Shown in pieces: positions 8,721 to 18,100 of a DNA stretch of 60,394 nt. Numbering within the stretch: the stretch's first letter is position 1; each line of letters begins with the position of its first letter. The stretch comes from a virus. Taxonomy: Duplodnaviria > Caudoviricetes. The DNA lies in the IMG/VR virus record IMGVR_UViG_3300037478_000635, positions 1-60,394 of that record. One strand, given 5' to 3'. The notes beneath the pieces are model-generated. The model saw only the letters and a list, made by a program, of their open reading frames with translations. It had not been told where the DNA came from and searched no databases. The position numbers were made by a program, and so were the translations under genes.

Positions 8721-9466
8721 GGCCGGACGGGATCGCGCGCTGGGTCTTCCTCCATCATCGCGGCGCGAGCCTCTTCCTCCGTGAGTGGATTCGCCAGCAG
8801 GCTGAGGCGGCCGGCTGGACGGTGAGCCCGACGCTCGCGATGGCGACGCGGCCGCTGACCGCGAGAGAGATCCTGGAGTACAGCTGGAGCTACGATCTGG
8901 TGATCGACGGGCAGGCGCGTCCCGAGACACCGGCGCGCCTCACGCAACCCTGCCCGAGCTGGCGGGGCGTGCATGTCCCACGCGATCCGCGCGCGCTCCT
9001 TCGCTCGGCCTACTACTCGCACCGCCATAGCCATCCGCTCGCTCTCCTCCCGGAACTCGGCCCCCATCGCGTGAAACTGGCCGGGCTTCCACTGGCCGAG
9101 GGGCTGCTCGCCGACCTCGACTTCTACGTCACCAAGCAAGCGATCGAGGCGATCTGTACCTGGCCCTACAACCACCCGGCGGTGCTCGATCTGCCGTTCG
9201 AGCGGATCTTCGGCGCAGGGCCGCTGGCGGGGAGCCTGCTCCTCGCCGCGCTGAAGTGGCTGGGCCTGCCGACTGCGGCAACGCTCATCGTGCCCGAGGC
9301 GACCTGGGAGGCGGTCAGCGGGCGCCCACCGGGCGTTGAGGACATCCGCGCGCACTGCACGGGCCTCACCGCCGCCCTGCCGGCGCGTGTCGAGGCGGAA
9401 CTCCGTCGCCGCTGGGGACCGGATCTGCATCGCCTCGGGTACCTGCGCGACGAGGAGGGGCCGTGA
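8717..9466 (+). CDS. PAPS-dependent sulfotransferase-like protein
   Basis: 5'-PSB-like loop FLHHRGASLFL, 3'-PB motif HVPRDPRALLRSAYYS, LDLPFERI, LKWLGL; the C-terminal RKG lid looks degenerate. Confidence 0.65.
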   Translation: MRPDGIARWVFLHHRGASLFLREWIRQQAEAAGWTVSPTLAMATRPLTAREILEYSWSYDLVIDGQARPETPARLTQPCPSWRGVHVPRDPRALLRSAYYSHRHSHPLALLPELGPHRVKLAGLPLAEGLLADLDFYVTKQAIEAICTWPYNHPAVLDLPFERIFGAGPLAGSLLLAALKWLGLPTAATLIVPEATWEAVSGRPPGVEDIRAHCTGLTAALPARVEAELRRRWGPDLHRLGYLRDEEGP

Positions 9467-10089
9467 CGCTCCCGCTGAGCAAGACGCTCGACCCGGCTGA
9501 CTTCGATCAGCTCAGGGAGGAGCTGGCGATCGTCGATCGCTGCTTCACGGATGAGCGCGAGCAGCATCCGATGCGGCGCTGGGAGTACGCGCTGGCGCTG
9601 CGGGCCTACCACCAGTGGGGGCGACGGGCGCGTGTCCTCCTCGATGTCGGCGGCGGGGGGAGCCCCTTCTACATGATGGTGCCAGGCAAGGAGGTCACCA
9701 TCATCGATCCAGAGTACGGACTCTCGCTCGCGCAGTATCTGACGGAGCCCTACGAACGCCGCCTCGCCGACGCTGTCTTCTGCCTCTCGGTCCTCGAGCA
9801 CGTCGACGACCTCGACGAGTTCGTCTACCACCTGAGCTGCCTGGTGGCGCCAGGCGGGCTGCTGTTCCTGACGATGGACTACTGCGACAGCGCCGGCGCA
9901 GCGCCGGTCGACACGTACCACTTCCATTGGATGCGGCGGCGGATCTTCAACTTTCCGTCCTTGATACCGCTGGCGGATAGCTTCCTCTATCGGGACTGCT
10001 TGTGCTTCGGCGACCACGACTTCACTGCGCACGGCCCCCAGGTCTACGACTACACATTTTGTTCTCTCGCCCTGCGGAAGCGCCTGTGA
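9463..10089 (+). CDS. class I SAM-dependent methyltransferase (small-molecule/sugar type)
   Basis: Motif I LLDVGGGGS, DAVFCLSVLEHV, LVAPGGLLFLT. Confidence 0.85.
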   Translation: MTLPLSKTLDPADFDQLREELAIVDRCFTDEREQHPMRRWEYALALRAYHQWGRRARVLLDVGGGGSPFYMMVPGKEVTIIDPEYGLSLAQYLTEPYERRLADAVFCLSVLEHVDDLDEFVYHLSCLVAPGGLLFLTMDYCDSAGAAPVDTYHFHWMRRRIFNFPSLIPLADSFLYRDCLCFGDHDFTAHGPQVYDYTFCSLALRKRL

Positions 10090-10283
10090 CCAACCGCGAC
10101 TTCCAGCAGGCGCGCGCCGACCAGCTCCAGCGGGTGCTCATCGCCCTGATTCGACGCGACGGGCCGATCACGCTCGCCCAGGGCGCCATCGCCGCGATCG
10201 GCGTCCCGGTGCCTGATCTGATGACGACGACCGATCCGGCCACCGGCGCGATCACGATCGCCGTCCGGGAGCCTGCGCGATGA
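10086..10283 (+). CDS. small hypothetical protein
   Basis: GTGA and ATGA coupling on both sides. Confidence 0.55.
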   Translation: MTNRDFQQARADQLQRVLIALIRRDGPITLAQGAIAAIGVPVPDLMTTTDPATGAITIAVREPAR

Positions 10284-10852
10284 CCCCCGTCACGATCGGG
10301 CTCGATCGCCCGCTGACGCGCGCCGCCGATCTCACCGACTATCCCGCCTGTCTCAGCGTGGCGCGCTGGCAGCAGCGGCTGGGGCAGGAGGCGTACGATC
10401 GCTGGGCGCCGGCGGCCCCGCACGCGCCGCCCGCCGTCTTCTGCTTCAACTGGGGCGCCGCGGCCTTCCGGGCGCCCGGGCGGGATCCGATCTACCGATC
10501 GCACGGCGATCCGCTCCCACGCGAGGCCGACGCGCTCGGGGCCGTCTACGCGCTCTCGGTCCTCGATCGCCTCGACGCGCCGGTGCGCTTCCTCCGGGCG
10601 TACGCGCGCCACCTCGTGCCCGGCGGCCTGCTCGTCTGCACCTTCGCCCTGTGGAATGCGACCGGCGAGGACTGCGCGCTGGGGCACGAGCTGCGCCGGC
10701 GCATCTACGATCAGCACACCTGGAAGCGCCTCGTCACCGACGCCAAGAGCCTGGGGTTCGCCCCCCTCGGCGGCGTCGACTTCCGCTACCACGGCGACCT
10801 GCTCGGCGACCACACGCTGGCCTCGCTGGTGGTGATCAGGGAGACACGATGA
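10280..10852 (+). CDS. methyltransferase paralog with degenerate SAM motif I
   Basis: AVYALSVLDRL, LVPGGLLVCTF, RRRIY, DFRYHG..DHTLASL align with 9463..10089, but there is no DxGxG. Confidence 0.7.
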   Translation: MTPVTIGLDRPLTRAADLTDYPACLSVARWQQRLGQEAYDRWAPAAPHAPPAVFCFNWGAAAFRAPGRDPIYRSHGDPLPREADALGAVYALSVLDRLDAPVRFLRAYARHLVPGGLLVCTFALWNATGEDCALGHELRRRIYDQHTWKRLVTDAKSLGFAPLGGVDFRYHGDLLGDHTLASLVVIRETR

Positions 10853-12087
10853 TCACGGAACGCCCCTGCCGGGCCTGCGGAGGCGCCCTCGAGTCGGTGC
10901 TCGATCTCGGCCCGCTGCGCCTCTCCGCCTTCCCGACCGCCGCCGACGCCGCCGTCGCCACGCCGTCGTCCGTCCCGCTCGATCTCTGTCAGTGCGGCGC
11001 CTGCCGGCTCGTGCAGCTGCGCCACACGGTCGATCCCGATCAGCTCTTCCGCCAGTACTGGTACCGCTCCGGGATCAACGAGACCATGCGCGCCGAGCTG
11101 GCTGATGTCGTCGCGGCCGGGATTCAGGCGGTCGGCGGCCTCCAGGCGGGAGACGTCGTGCTCGATGTGGGCGCCAACGACGGGACGCTGCTGGCCGAGT
11201 ACCGCCGGCAGGCGCCCGAGGTCCGGGTCCGCCGCATCGCCTACGAGCCGGCGGACAACCTGCGCGACGTCCTCACGGCGCACTGCGAGCAGCTCGTGCC
11301 GACCTACTACCCGGCGCAGGCGGCCCACTGGCGCGGCGACGTGCGGATCCTCACGTCGATCGCCTGCTTCTACGATCTCGACGACCCCCACGCCTTCATC
11401 GCCGCCGTCGCCGACACGCTCACCCACGACGGCGTCTGGATCGTGCAGTTCCAGGATCTCTGGCAGATGCTGCGCGCGACCGCCTTCGACAACCTTGTGC
11501 ACGAACACCTGGTCTACTACGCGCTCGCCAGCTTCGAGCGGCTGATCGAGGCGCACGGCCTGCGGGTGGTGTCGGCGAGCCGGCGCGCCATCAACGGCGG
11601 GAGCTACCGCCTGATCGTCCGGCGATCGGCCTACGACGCGACCGACGGCTCGGTCGTGGCGCTGCGGCTGCTCGAGCAGGGCTGCGAGCACTGGGAGACC
11701 CTGCACCGCTTCGCCTGGCGGGTGGGCGAGGCGCGGCGGGAGATCCGCGCGGCGCTCGGGGCGGCGTACCGGGCCGGCCAGGCGATCGATCTCTACGGGG
11801 CCTCGACCAAGGGGAACACGCTCTTGCAGTACTGCGGCATCGGGCCGGAGTGGATCCGTCAGGCGTGGGAGCGGTCGGAGGAGAAGGTCGGTCGCCAGAC
11901 GATCACCGGCATTCCGATCACGAGCGAGGACGCGGGGCGTGAGGCGCCGCCGGATCTGCTGCTCTGCGGGATCTGGCAGTTCCGCGATGCGGTGCTCGCG
12001 CGGGAAGCCGACTATCTACGGCAGGGCGGGCGGATGCTCTTCCCGCTGCCGGTCGTCGACCTGGTTGGAGACAGAGGAGAGGACTAG
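10849..12087 (+). CDS. NDP-hexose C-methyltransferase (Zn-binding N-terminus, Methyltransf_13/14 type)
   Basis: CRAC...CGACRLVQL, YWYRSG, VLDVGANDG, FDNLVHEHLVYY, NGGS, YGASTKGNTLLQYCG, GIPI. Confidence 0.9.
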   Translation: MITERPCRACGGALESVLDLGPLRLSAFPTAADAAVATPSSVPLDLCQCGACRLVQLRHTVDPDQLFRQYWYRSGINETMRAELADVVAAGIQAVGGLQAGDVVLDVGANDGTLLAEYRRQAPEVRVRRIAYEPADNLRDVLTAHCEQLVPTYYPAQAAHWRGDVRILTSIACFYDLDDPHAFIAAVADTLTHDGVWIVQFQDLWQMLRATAFDNLVHEHLVYYALASFERLIEAHGLRVVSASRRAINGGSYRLIVRRSAYDATDGSVVALRLLEQGCEHWETLHRFAWRVGEARREIRAALGAAYRAGQAIDLYGASTKGNTLLQYCGIGPEWIRQAWERSEEKVGRQTITGIPITSEDAGREAPPDLLLCGIWQFRDAVLAREADYLRQGGRMLFPLPVVDLVGDRGED

Positions 12088-12090
12088 CCG

Positions 12091-12288
12091 ATGTTCATCA
12101 CCGATCGCGCCCGCCCGCTGGAGTGCTGCCGGATCTGCGGCGGCCTCATCGTGGCCTGCCCGCCGGACGCGCCAACGGAGATCTACTGCACGGGCTGCTA
12201 CCGCAGCTACGACGAGCGCGCCGCCGCGCACGGAATCACGCTGGCGCCGTCGGCGGGCGGCGGGGTGGAAGGAGGCACGCGATGCTGA
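12091..12288 (+). CDS. small Zn-ribbon protein
   Basis: GGAGAGG RBS; CRIC...CTGC. Confidence 0.6.
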   Translation: MFITDRARPLECCRICGGLIVACPPDAPTEIYCTGCYRSYDERAAAHGITLAPSAGGGVEGGTRC

Positions 12289-12438
12289 TGATCGAGATTG
12301 GCGAGACCCTGGGGCTCGTGCTGCTGGTGGCGATCGCCGCCAGGCTGGTCGTCGCCTGGTGGAACTACGCGGGGAGGCGGCGGCTGTGACCAAACGTCAC
12401 GATCTCGCCGTCCTCCATTCCTCCGCAGGGAGCGCCTG

Positions 12439-12933
12439 ATGCCTGATCACTCCAAGCACGCCGCCCTCGGGGACAAGCCCGACTGGTGGACCTCCGACGA
12501 GTGGGAGACGCCCCCCACCTTCGTCGCGGCGCTCGAGGCCGAATTCGGTCCCTTCGATCTCGATCCCTGCGCGCGCCTTGAGACGGCGAAGGCAGCGTAC
12601 TACTACACGAAGGCGGACGATGGGCTGGCGCAGGCCTGGGCGCGGAGTGCCCGCGTGCATGTCTTCGTCAACCCGCCGTACAGCGATCCTGGTCCGTGGG
12701 TCGCGAAGGCGATCGAGGAGGCGAAGCGCGGCGCGGTGACGCGCCTCCTCTTACCGGCGGCAACCGACGTCGGCTGGTTCCACGAGCTGGTACTACCCTC
12801 GGCGAACGTGCGCTTCCTCCGGGGGCGACTGCGGTTCCACGGATGGGCGGGAACCCCAATCGGCTCGCCCACCGCCGGCAGCCTCCTCGTGTCGATCCCG
12901 CGTGTGGCGGGTGATCGGAGCTTTCAGCTATGA
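12439..12933 (+). CDS. phage DNA N6-adenine methyltransferase (short Dam family)
   Basis: DEWETPP, FDLDPCA, DDGLAQAW, catalytic VFVNPPYS, RFLRGRLRF. Confidence 0.9.
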   Translation: MPDHSKHAALGDKPDWWTSDEWETPPTFVAALEAEFGPFDLDPCARLETAKAAYYYTKADDGLAQAWARSARVHVFVNPPYSDPGPWVAKAIEEAKRGAVTRLLLPAATDVGWFHELVLPSANVRFLRGRLRFHGWAGTPIGSPTAGSLLVSIPRVAGDRSFQL

Positions 12934-13805
12934 GCCCTGCGTACACCTGGACCGTGATGCCCATCCTCGCCAACCGCGATCTCACCATGAGCGCGATCGC
13001 CTCCTGCCTCGCGCAGACCGTGCCGGTCCGCCTCCTCCTCATCAACCAGGGGGTCGAGGATCCCTTCCGCGACGAGCTGGAGCGGCTGGCGGAGGCGTAC
13101 CCCGAGCAGATCCTCCTCTGGAGCCATCAGCCGCCGCTGCCGAGCCTGGCGGCGACGTGGAACCGGGCGCTGCGGTTCGTGTGGGCGACGGGCGGCGACC
13201 GTGCGCTGGTCGTCAACAATGACGTGGAGCTGCACCGAGAGACAGTCTACGGGCTCACCTCCGTGTTCGGGCACACGCAGGCGCTCTTCGTCTCGGCGGT
13301 GGGGGTGACGGCGGAGCAGTTCAATCCAGCCGCCCCGCTGGATACAGCATGGTTCACCGCGCCAGATGCCGAGGGATGGTGGCATCCAGTGGCACCGGGC
13401 GGCCCCGACTTCTCCTGCTTCCTCATCAGCCGCGCCTGCCACGAGCGCTTCGCCTTCGACGAGGCGTTCACGCCCGCCTTTTGCGAGGATCTCGATATGC
13501 ACAGGCGCCTGATGCTCGCCGGCGAGGGCTGTCGGATCTTCTCGATCAATCTCCCCTTCCTCCATCACAGCTCACAGACACTCAAGTCGGTGGACGCCGG
13601 CAAGCGGGCGCGGCTCGAGCAGGGGATTGCGGCTGGGAGCCGGGCGTACTACGAGAAGAAGTGGGGTGGGCCGGTGAATCAGGAGATCTTCTGGCTCCCG
13701 TTCAATGAAGGAGAAGAGCGCGTCTTGCCGGACGGCGCCCCGTGGCCACCGACGACGCCCGCGCTCCAGGCGTGGGTGCAGGCGCAAGAGGCCGCCGATG
13801 GGTAA
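12930..13805 (+). CDS. GT-A glycosyltransferase (GT2)
   Basis: VMPIL, LLLINQG, SLAATWNRAL, VVNNDVE, FDEAF.PAFCEDLDM, HHSSQT. Confidence 0.85.
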   Translation: MSPAYTWTVMPILANRDLTMSAIASCLAQTVPVRLLLINQGVEDPFRDELERLAEAYPEQILLWSHQPPLPSLAATWNRALRFVWATGGDRALVVNNDVELHRETVYGLTSVFGHTQALFVSAVGVTAEQFNPAAPLDTAWFTAPDAEGWWHPVAPGGPDFSCFLISRACHERFAFDEAFTPAFCEDLDMHRRLMLAGEGCRIFSINLPFLHHSSQTLKSVDAGKRARLEQGIAAGSRAYYEKKWGGPVNQEIFWLPFNEGEERVLPDGAPWPPTTPALQAWVQAQEAADG

Positions 13806-14061
13806 GTCGCTCGACGATCTCCCCCTCGACGACTCTCCACTCGACGACGGCGCCTGGTCGGACTTCTGCGCGGAGATCGATCGCCTGATCATGAGCGACG
13901 ACTACGCCTGGGCGCTCGACACGCTCGAGGGGATCCGCGAGACGGTCAGCCGGTACCAGCACGTGACCGAGGGGCAGCGGCGGGCGATCGCGAACATCCG
14001 GGACGCGCGGAAGGGCGGCGAGAAGAAATGGGGACGGCGGTACGAAGGGTGGCGGCGCTGA
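13798..14061 (+). CDS. hypothetical protein
   Basis: GAGG RBS, coupled to both neighbours. Confidence 0.6.
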   Translation: MGKSLDDLPLDDSPLDDGAWSDFCAEIDRLIMSDDYAWALDTLEGIRETVSRYQHVTEGQRRAIANIRDARKGGEKKWGRRYEGWRR

Positions 14062-14363
14062 TGCCCGCCCGCGTGATCCACTGCCGTGAGGCTGCCCGGT
14101 ACAGCAATGACGAGTACGTCTACTGCGGGCGACCGAGCAAGTGGGGCAATCCCTTTGGGCCAGTCGGCGCTGGGATCCGTGTGCCAAGTCGCGCAGAAGC
14201 CATCCGACGGTACCGAGAGTGGTTCCTCGCCCCCGAGCAGGCCCAATTCCGCCGTGACGCGGTGCGTGAGTTGGCCGACAAGATACTCGGCTGCTGGTGC
14301 GCCCCGAAGCCCTGTCACGTCGACATCATCGCGGAGTTCGTCAACCGTGCCATTGCTCAGTAA
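14061..14363 (+). CDS. DUF4326 family protein
   Basis: VYCGRPSKWGNPF, REWF, LGCWCAPKPCHVDII. Confidence 0.8.
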   Translation: MPARVIHCREAARYSNDEYVYCGRPSKWGNPFGPVGAGIRVPSRAEAIRRYREWFLAPEQAQFRRDAVRELADKILGCWCAPKPCHVDIIAEFVNRAIAQ

Positions 14364-15150
14364 GCCCAACGCTGCCCCGTTCCGGTACTGGGGCGCCAAG
14401 GTACGGATGGCCCCCTGGATCATCGATCGCCTGCCGCCGCACACGCACTTCGTCGAGAGCTGCGCGGGATCTGCTGCCGTCCTTGCATTGAAGCCTCCAG
14501 TTGAGTACGAGACGGTGAACGACATCTATGAGGAGGTCGTAAACTTCTTCCGCGTCTTGCAAGATCCGCAACTCGCTGTGGCGTTGATCGATCGTGTAGC
14601 CTTCACCTCCTACGCCTATGCTGAGTTCCAGCGCGCAGCCGTCTCGACGCTAGATCCGCTCGATCGGGCTTGGGGCTTCTTCGTACGCATGCAGATGGCC
14701 GTCGTACCTGGACGAAGCGGCTGGTCCTACGGGGTAGCTGGACTAGCTGGGAAGAAGGCGAACAAGCCTGGCCGCTGGGCGACAATGCCCACGCACCTAC
14801 AGGCGGTCGCTACTCGCTTCGAGCGTGTGCAGATTACGGCATGGCCCATCGAGGAACTGCTAGCCAGGATCGACGCCCCAGGTGTCCTCCACTTCGTCGA
14901 TCCTCCGTACCTTTACGAGTCGCGCCCGTCTTCACACTCTACCTATGTCTGTGACGAGTTCGATCATCCGGCATTCGTCGCGGCTGTCGCACAGACAAAG
15001 CACGCGGAGATCTGGGTGTCGCACTATCAGCACCCTTTCTATGATCAAGGCCCGTGGGAGATCGTCGGTGATTTCGTGAGCCACCGGAACATCGCGAACG
15101 GTCGAACACGATCAGAAGCTGTCGAACGCCTCTATAGGTTCAGGCGCTGA
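14347..15150 (+). CDS. D12-class DNA adenine methyltransferase (Dam-like)
   Basis: PFRYWGAK, FVESCAGSAAV, ETVNDI, catalytic FVDPPY; GTG start at 14347. Confidence 0.88.
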   Translation: MPLLSKPNAAPFRYWGAKVRMAPWIIDRLPPHTHFVESCAGSAAVLALKPPVEYETVNDIYEEVVNFFRVLQDPQLAVALIDRVAFTSYAYAEFQRAAVSTLDPLDRAWGFFVRMQMAVVPGRSGWSYGVAGLAGKKANKPGRWATMPTHLQAVATRFERVQITAWPIEELLARIDAPGVLHFVDPPYLYESRPSSHSTYVCDEFDHPAFVAAVAQTKHAEIWVSHYQHPFYDQGPWEIVGDFVSHRNIANGRTRSEAVERLYRFRR

Positions 15151-18100
15151 TGCCCCTCCTCTCGAAGCCCCCCGGCTGCTCCGGCTGCGCGCTCGAGCAC
15201 CGCGGCTCCGGCTTCGCCCCCGCCGACGGCCCGCGCGGCGCCTGGCTGCTCCTGGTCGGGGAGGCCCTCGGCAAGGTCGAGGCGCTCACTGGCCGCCCGT
15301 TCATGGGCGATGCGGGCGGGATGCTCAGTCGCCTGCTGACCCTGCTCGGCTGGTCGCGCGACGCGATCCGCATCCACAACGCGATCTCCTGCCAGCCCCC
15401 CGGCGACTGGTTCGACGAGCGCGCCCCCTGGTACCACGCCGCGCTGGCCCACTGCCCATACCTGGCCCAGACCCTCGACGAAGGCCCCGAGGTCGTCGTC
15501 ACGATGGGCGGCACGGCGCTGCGCCGCGTGATGGGCTTCCAGCATCACAAGAAGATCCGGGTGCAGGACTTCCACGGCGCGATCCTGCGCGACCCGACCA
15601 ACCGCTTCTGGGTCGTGCCGACGTTCCATCCGTCGTTTCTGCAGCGGGGCGCGCACAACCTGATCGGCACGGTCCTCTGGGACCTGCACCAGGCGGAGGC
15701 GGCGCGCCACGGCAAGCCCGCCGACGCCGGGCAGCTCGTGATCGATCCGCCGGTCGAGTGGTTCGCCGCCTGGGTCGACCAGGTCGTCGCCGCGCGCACG
15801 CAGGATCCGGGCGCCTACCCCCTCACCTCCGACGTCGAGACGCCCGACAAGGCCGGCGGCAAGGACGAAGGCGAGATCACCGCCGAGGATCGGTCGTTCC
15901 AGATCCTCCGCCAGAACTTCGCCTGCCACCCCGACGAAGGCGTGACCGTGCCGCACGTCGAGCCCTACACGACGCACACCCGCCGGCTCTACGCCTCGCC
16001 AGGCGCCATCTGGCAATGGAATCGAGAATATGATCATGCGCGACTCGTCGCCGCCGGGCAGCTTCGCGAAGCCGACTCGCCGCGCGTCGTCGATCTGATG
16101 TGGCTCGCGCACTTCCTCCAGAGCGATCTCCCCCTCGGCCTCGGCTTCTGGGCGCCGTTCTACTCAGGACATGGTCCGTGGAAGCACCTCGCCGACAGCC
16201 AGCCGACGCGCTACGGCGCGATCGACGGCCTGCAGAACCACCGGATCGGCTTCGGGATCCTCACCGATTTGCAGAAGCTCGGCATCTACGCGCAGGCGCT
16301 GCGGCACACGCACCAGCTCCACACGACCTGCCTGCGGCCGGCGCAGCTGGTCGGGGTGAAGATCGACCGGCAGCGGCTCGTCGTCTTCAAGGGCGAGCTG
16401 GCGGACAAGGCGAGAGAGAAGCTGCAGGCGATCCAGGCGATCGTCCCCGAGGCGCTCCAGCCGCTGACGCCGAAGGGCGGGCTGACGAAGAAGCCGCTCG
16501 CGGGGACGCAGCACGCGAAAGCGAGTCGCCTCACCCGGACAGGGAAGCCGCGCAAGGGGAAGCCGACCGCGGAGATCAAGCAGGAGCTGTATGCCCAAGC
16601 ACAGATCGTCGAGAAGATCGTCCTCAAGGAAGTCCTCGTCTGCAGAACGTGCGGCATTGTGGACGTTCAGAGACGCCATCGTTGTGCTCCACCGCAGATG
16701 GCTGCGATCGGTCGGGTCGAAGCCAGACGAAGAGGACGCGATCAGCAGTTGGATCCTGGATCAGAGTCGCCTACCCCCCCGAACATTGAACTCGCCCCGG
16801 CCTCCGTCACGCGCTACTTCTGGCAGGAGCCCTTCAACCCCGACTCCCCGCCGCAGGTCCTCGCCTACATCAAAGCGCGCCGCCACACGCCCGGCCGCGC
16901 GAAGAAAACCGGCGCGGACTCGACCGACCGCGAAACGCTGAAGCGGCTGAGCAAGACGGGCGACCCGTTCTACGCCACCGTCCTCGACTACCGCGCCATC
17001 AACAAGGTGAAGGGGACCTATGTCGAGGGGACCGAGCGCCGGCTCGACGCCGAGGATCGGCTGCACCCCCAGCCGACCTTCCGGCCGTCGACGCAGCGTT
17101 TGAGCTACGTCAACCCGAACATCACGAATGTCGTCGCCGACAAGGACGAGCAGCGGAACCTCGCGGCCGGCTTCCGCCGGTGCGTCGTCGCCACGCCTGG
17201 CTGCCAGTTGATCGAGATCGACTTCAGTGCGATCGAGGCCAAGGAGACGGGCTGGTGCGCCCGCGATCCCTTCCTCATCCGTCTCGCCGGCCTCGGCATC
17301 CACTCGTACCTGATTGCGCTCCGGGTGAAGGACGCGCCGGACCTGTCGGCCGACGACGCGACGATCCGCGCGCACCTGAAGGCGATCAAGCAGCAGGCCG
17401 GCACGCTCCTCTACGACCAGGTCAAGCACACCGTCTACGGCGTCTTCTACGGCCAGACGCCGTACGGCCTGGCCGCAACCTGGCCCGATCTCTATCCGTC
17501 GGTGAAGCTCGCCGAAGAGCACGTCGACTTCATGTTCTCGGTCCTGCCCGCGGTGCGGACCTTCCAGCACGCGGTACTCGACACCGCCGCGCACGAGCAC
17601 CAGCTCGGCGGCGCCCAGCCCTACGCCTTCACCCCGGAGGGCGGCCCCTCGCCGCGGGTGCACGGCCACCCCTACCAGTACCGCCACTGGTTCTGGTCGA
17701 TCTACACCTATCGGCGCCTGAACGCCACGCAGTACTTCCGGGCGCAGGCCAAGGCGCAGCAGCAGGGGAAGGCGGCGCCGGTGGCCGAGATCCACGGGCA
17801 GTACTTCCGCATCGCGCACGGGCCAGACGCCAACCGCGCGATCGCCTTCTACCCGCAGTCGATTGCGTCCGGCGTCCTGAAGGAGGCGCTGCTGCGGCTG
17901 TTTGCCGCCCCCGACCATCCGCACTACCTCGGCGACGCCTACTTTGGCCAGACCCCGCTGCGCGCCCCGATTCACGACTCGCTGTTCCTCGAGGTGCCCT
18001 TCCGCCAGGTCGATCGGGTGCTCGAGACGGTCGCCGCCGAGATGCAGGCGCCGATCCTGCAGCAGCCCAACCTGCCGGAGTGGGGGATGGGCGCGCATCT

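Noticed and set aside
16450-16830. Polymerase insert as an intein or intron
   Set aside because: No intein terminal motifs (C/S start block, HN followed by C/S/T), no LAGLIDADG, and the frame is uninterrupted
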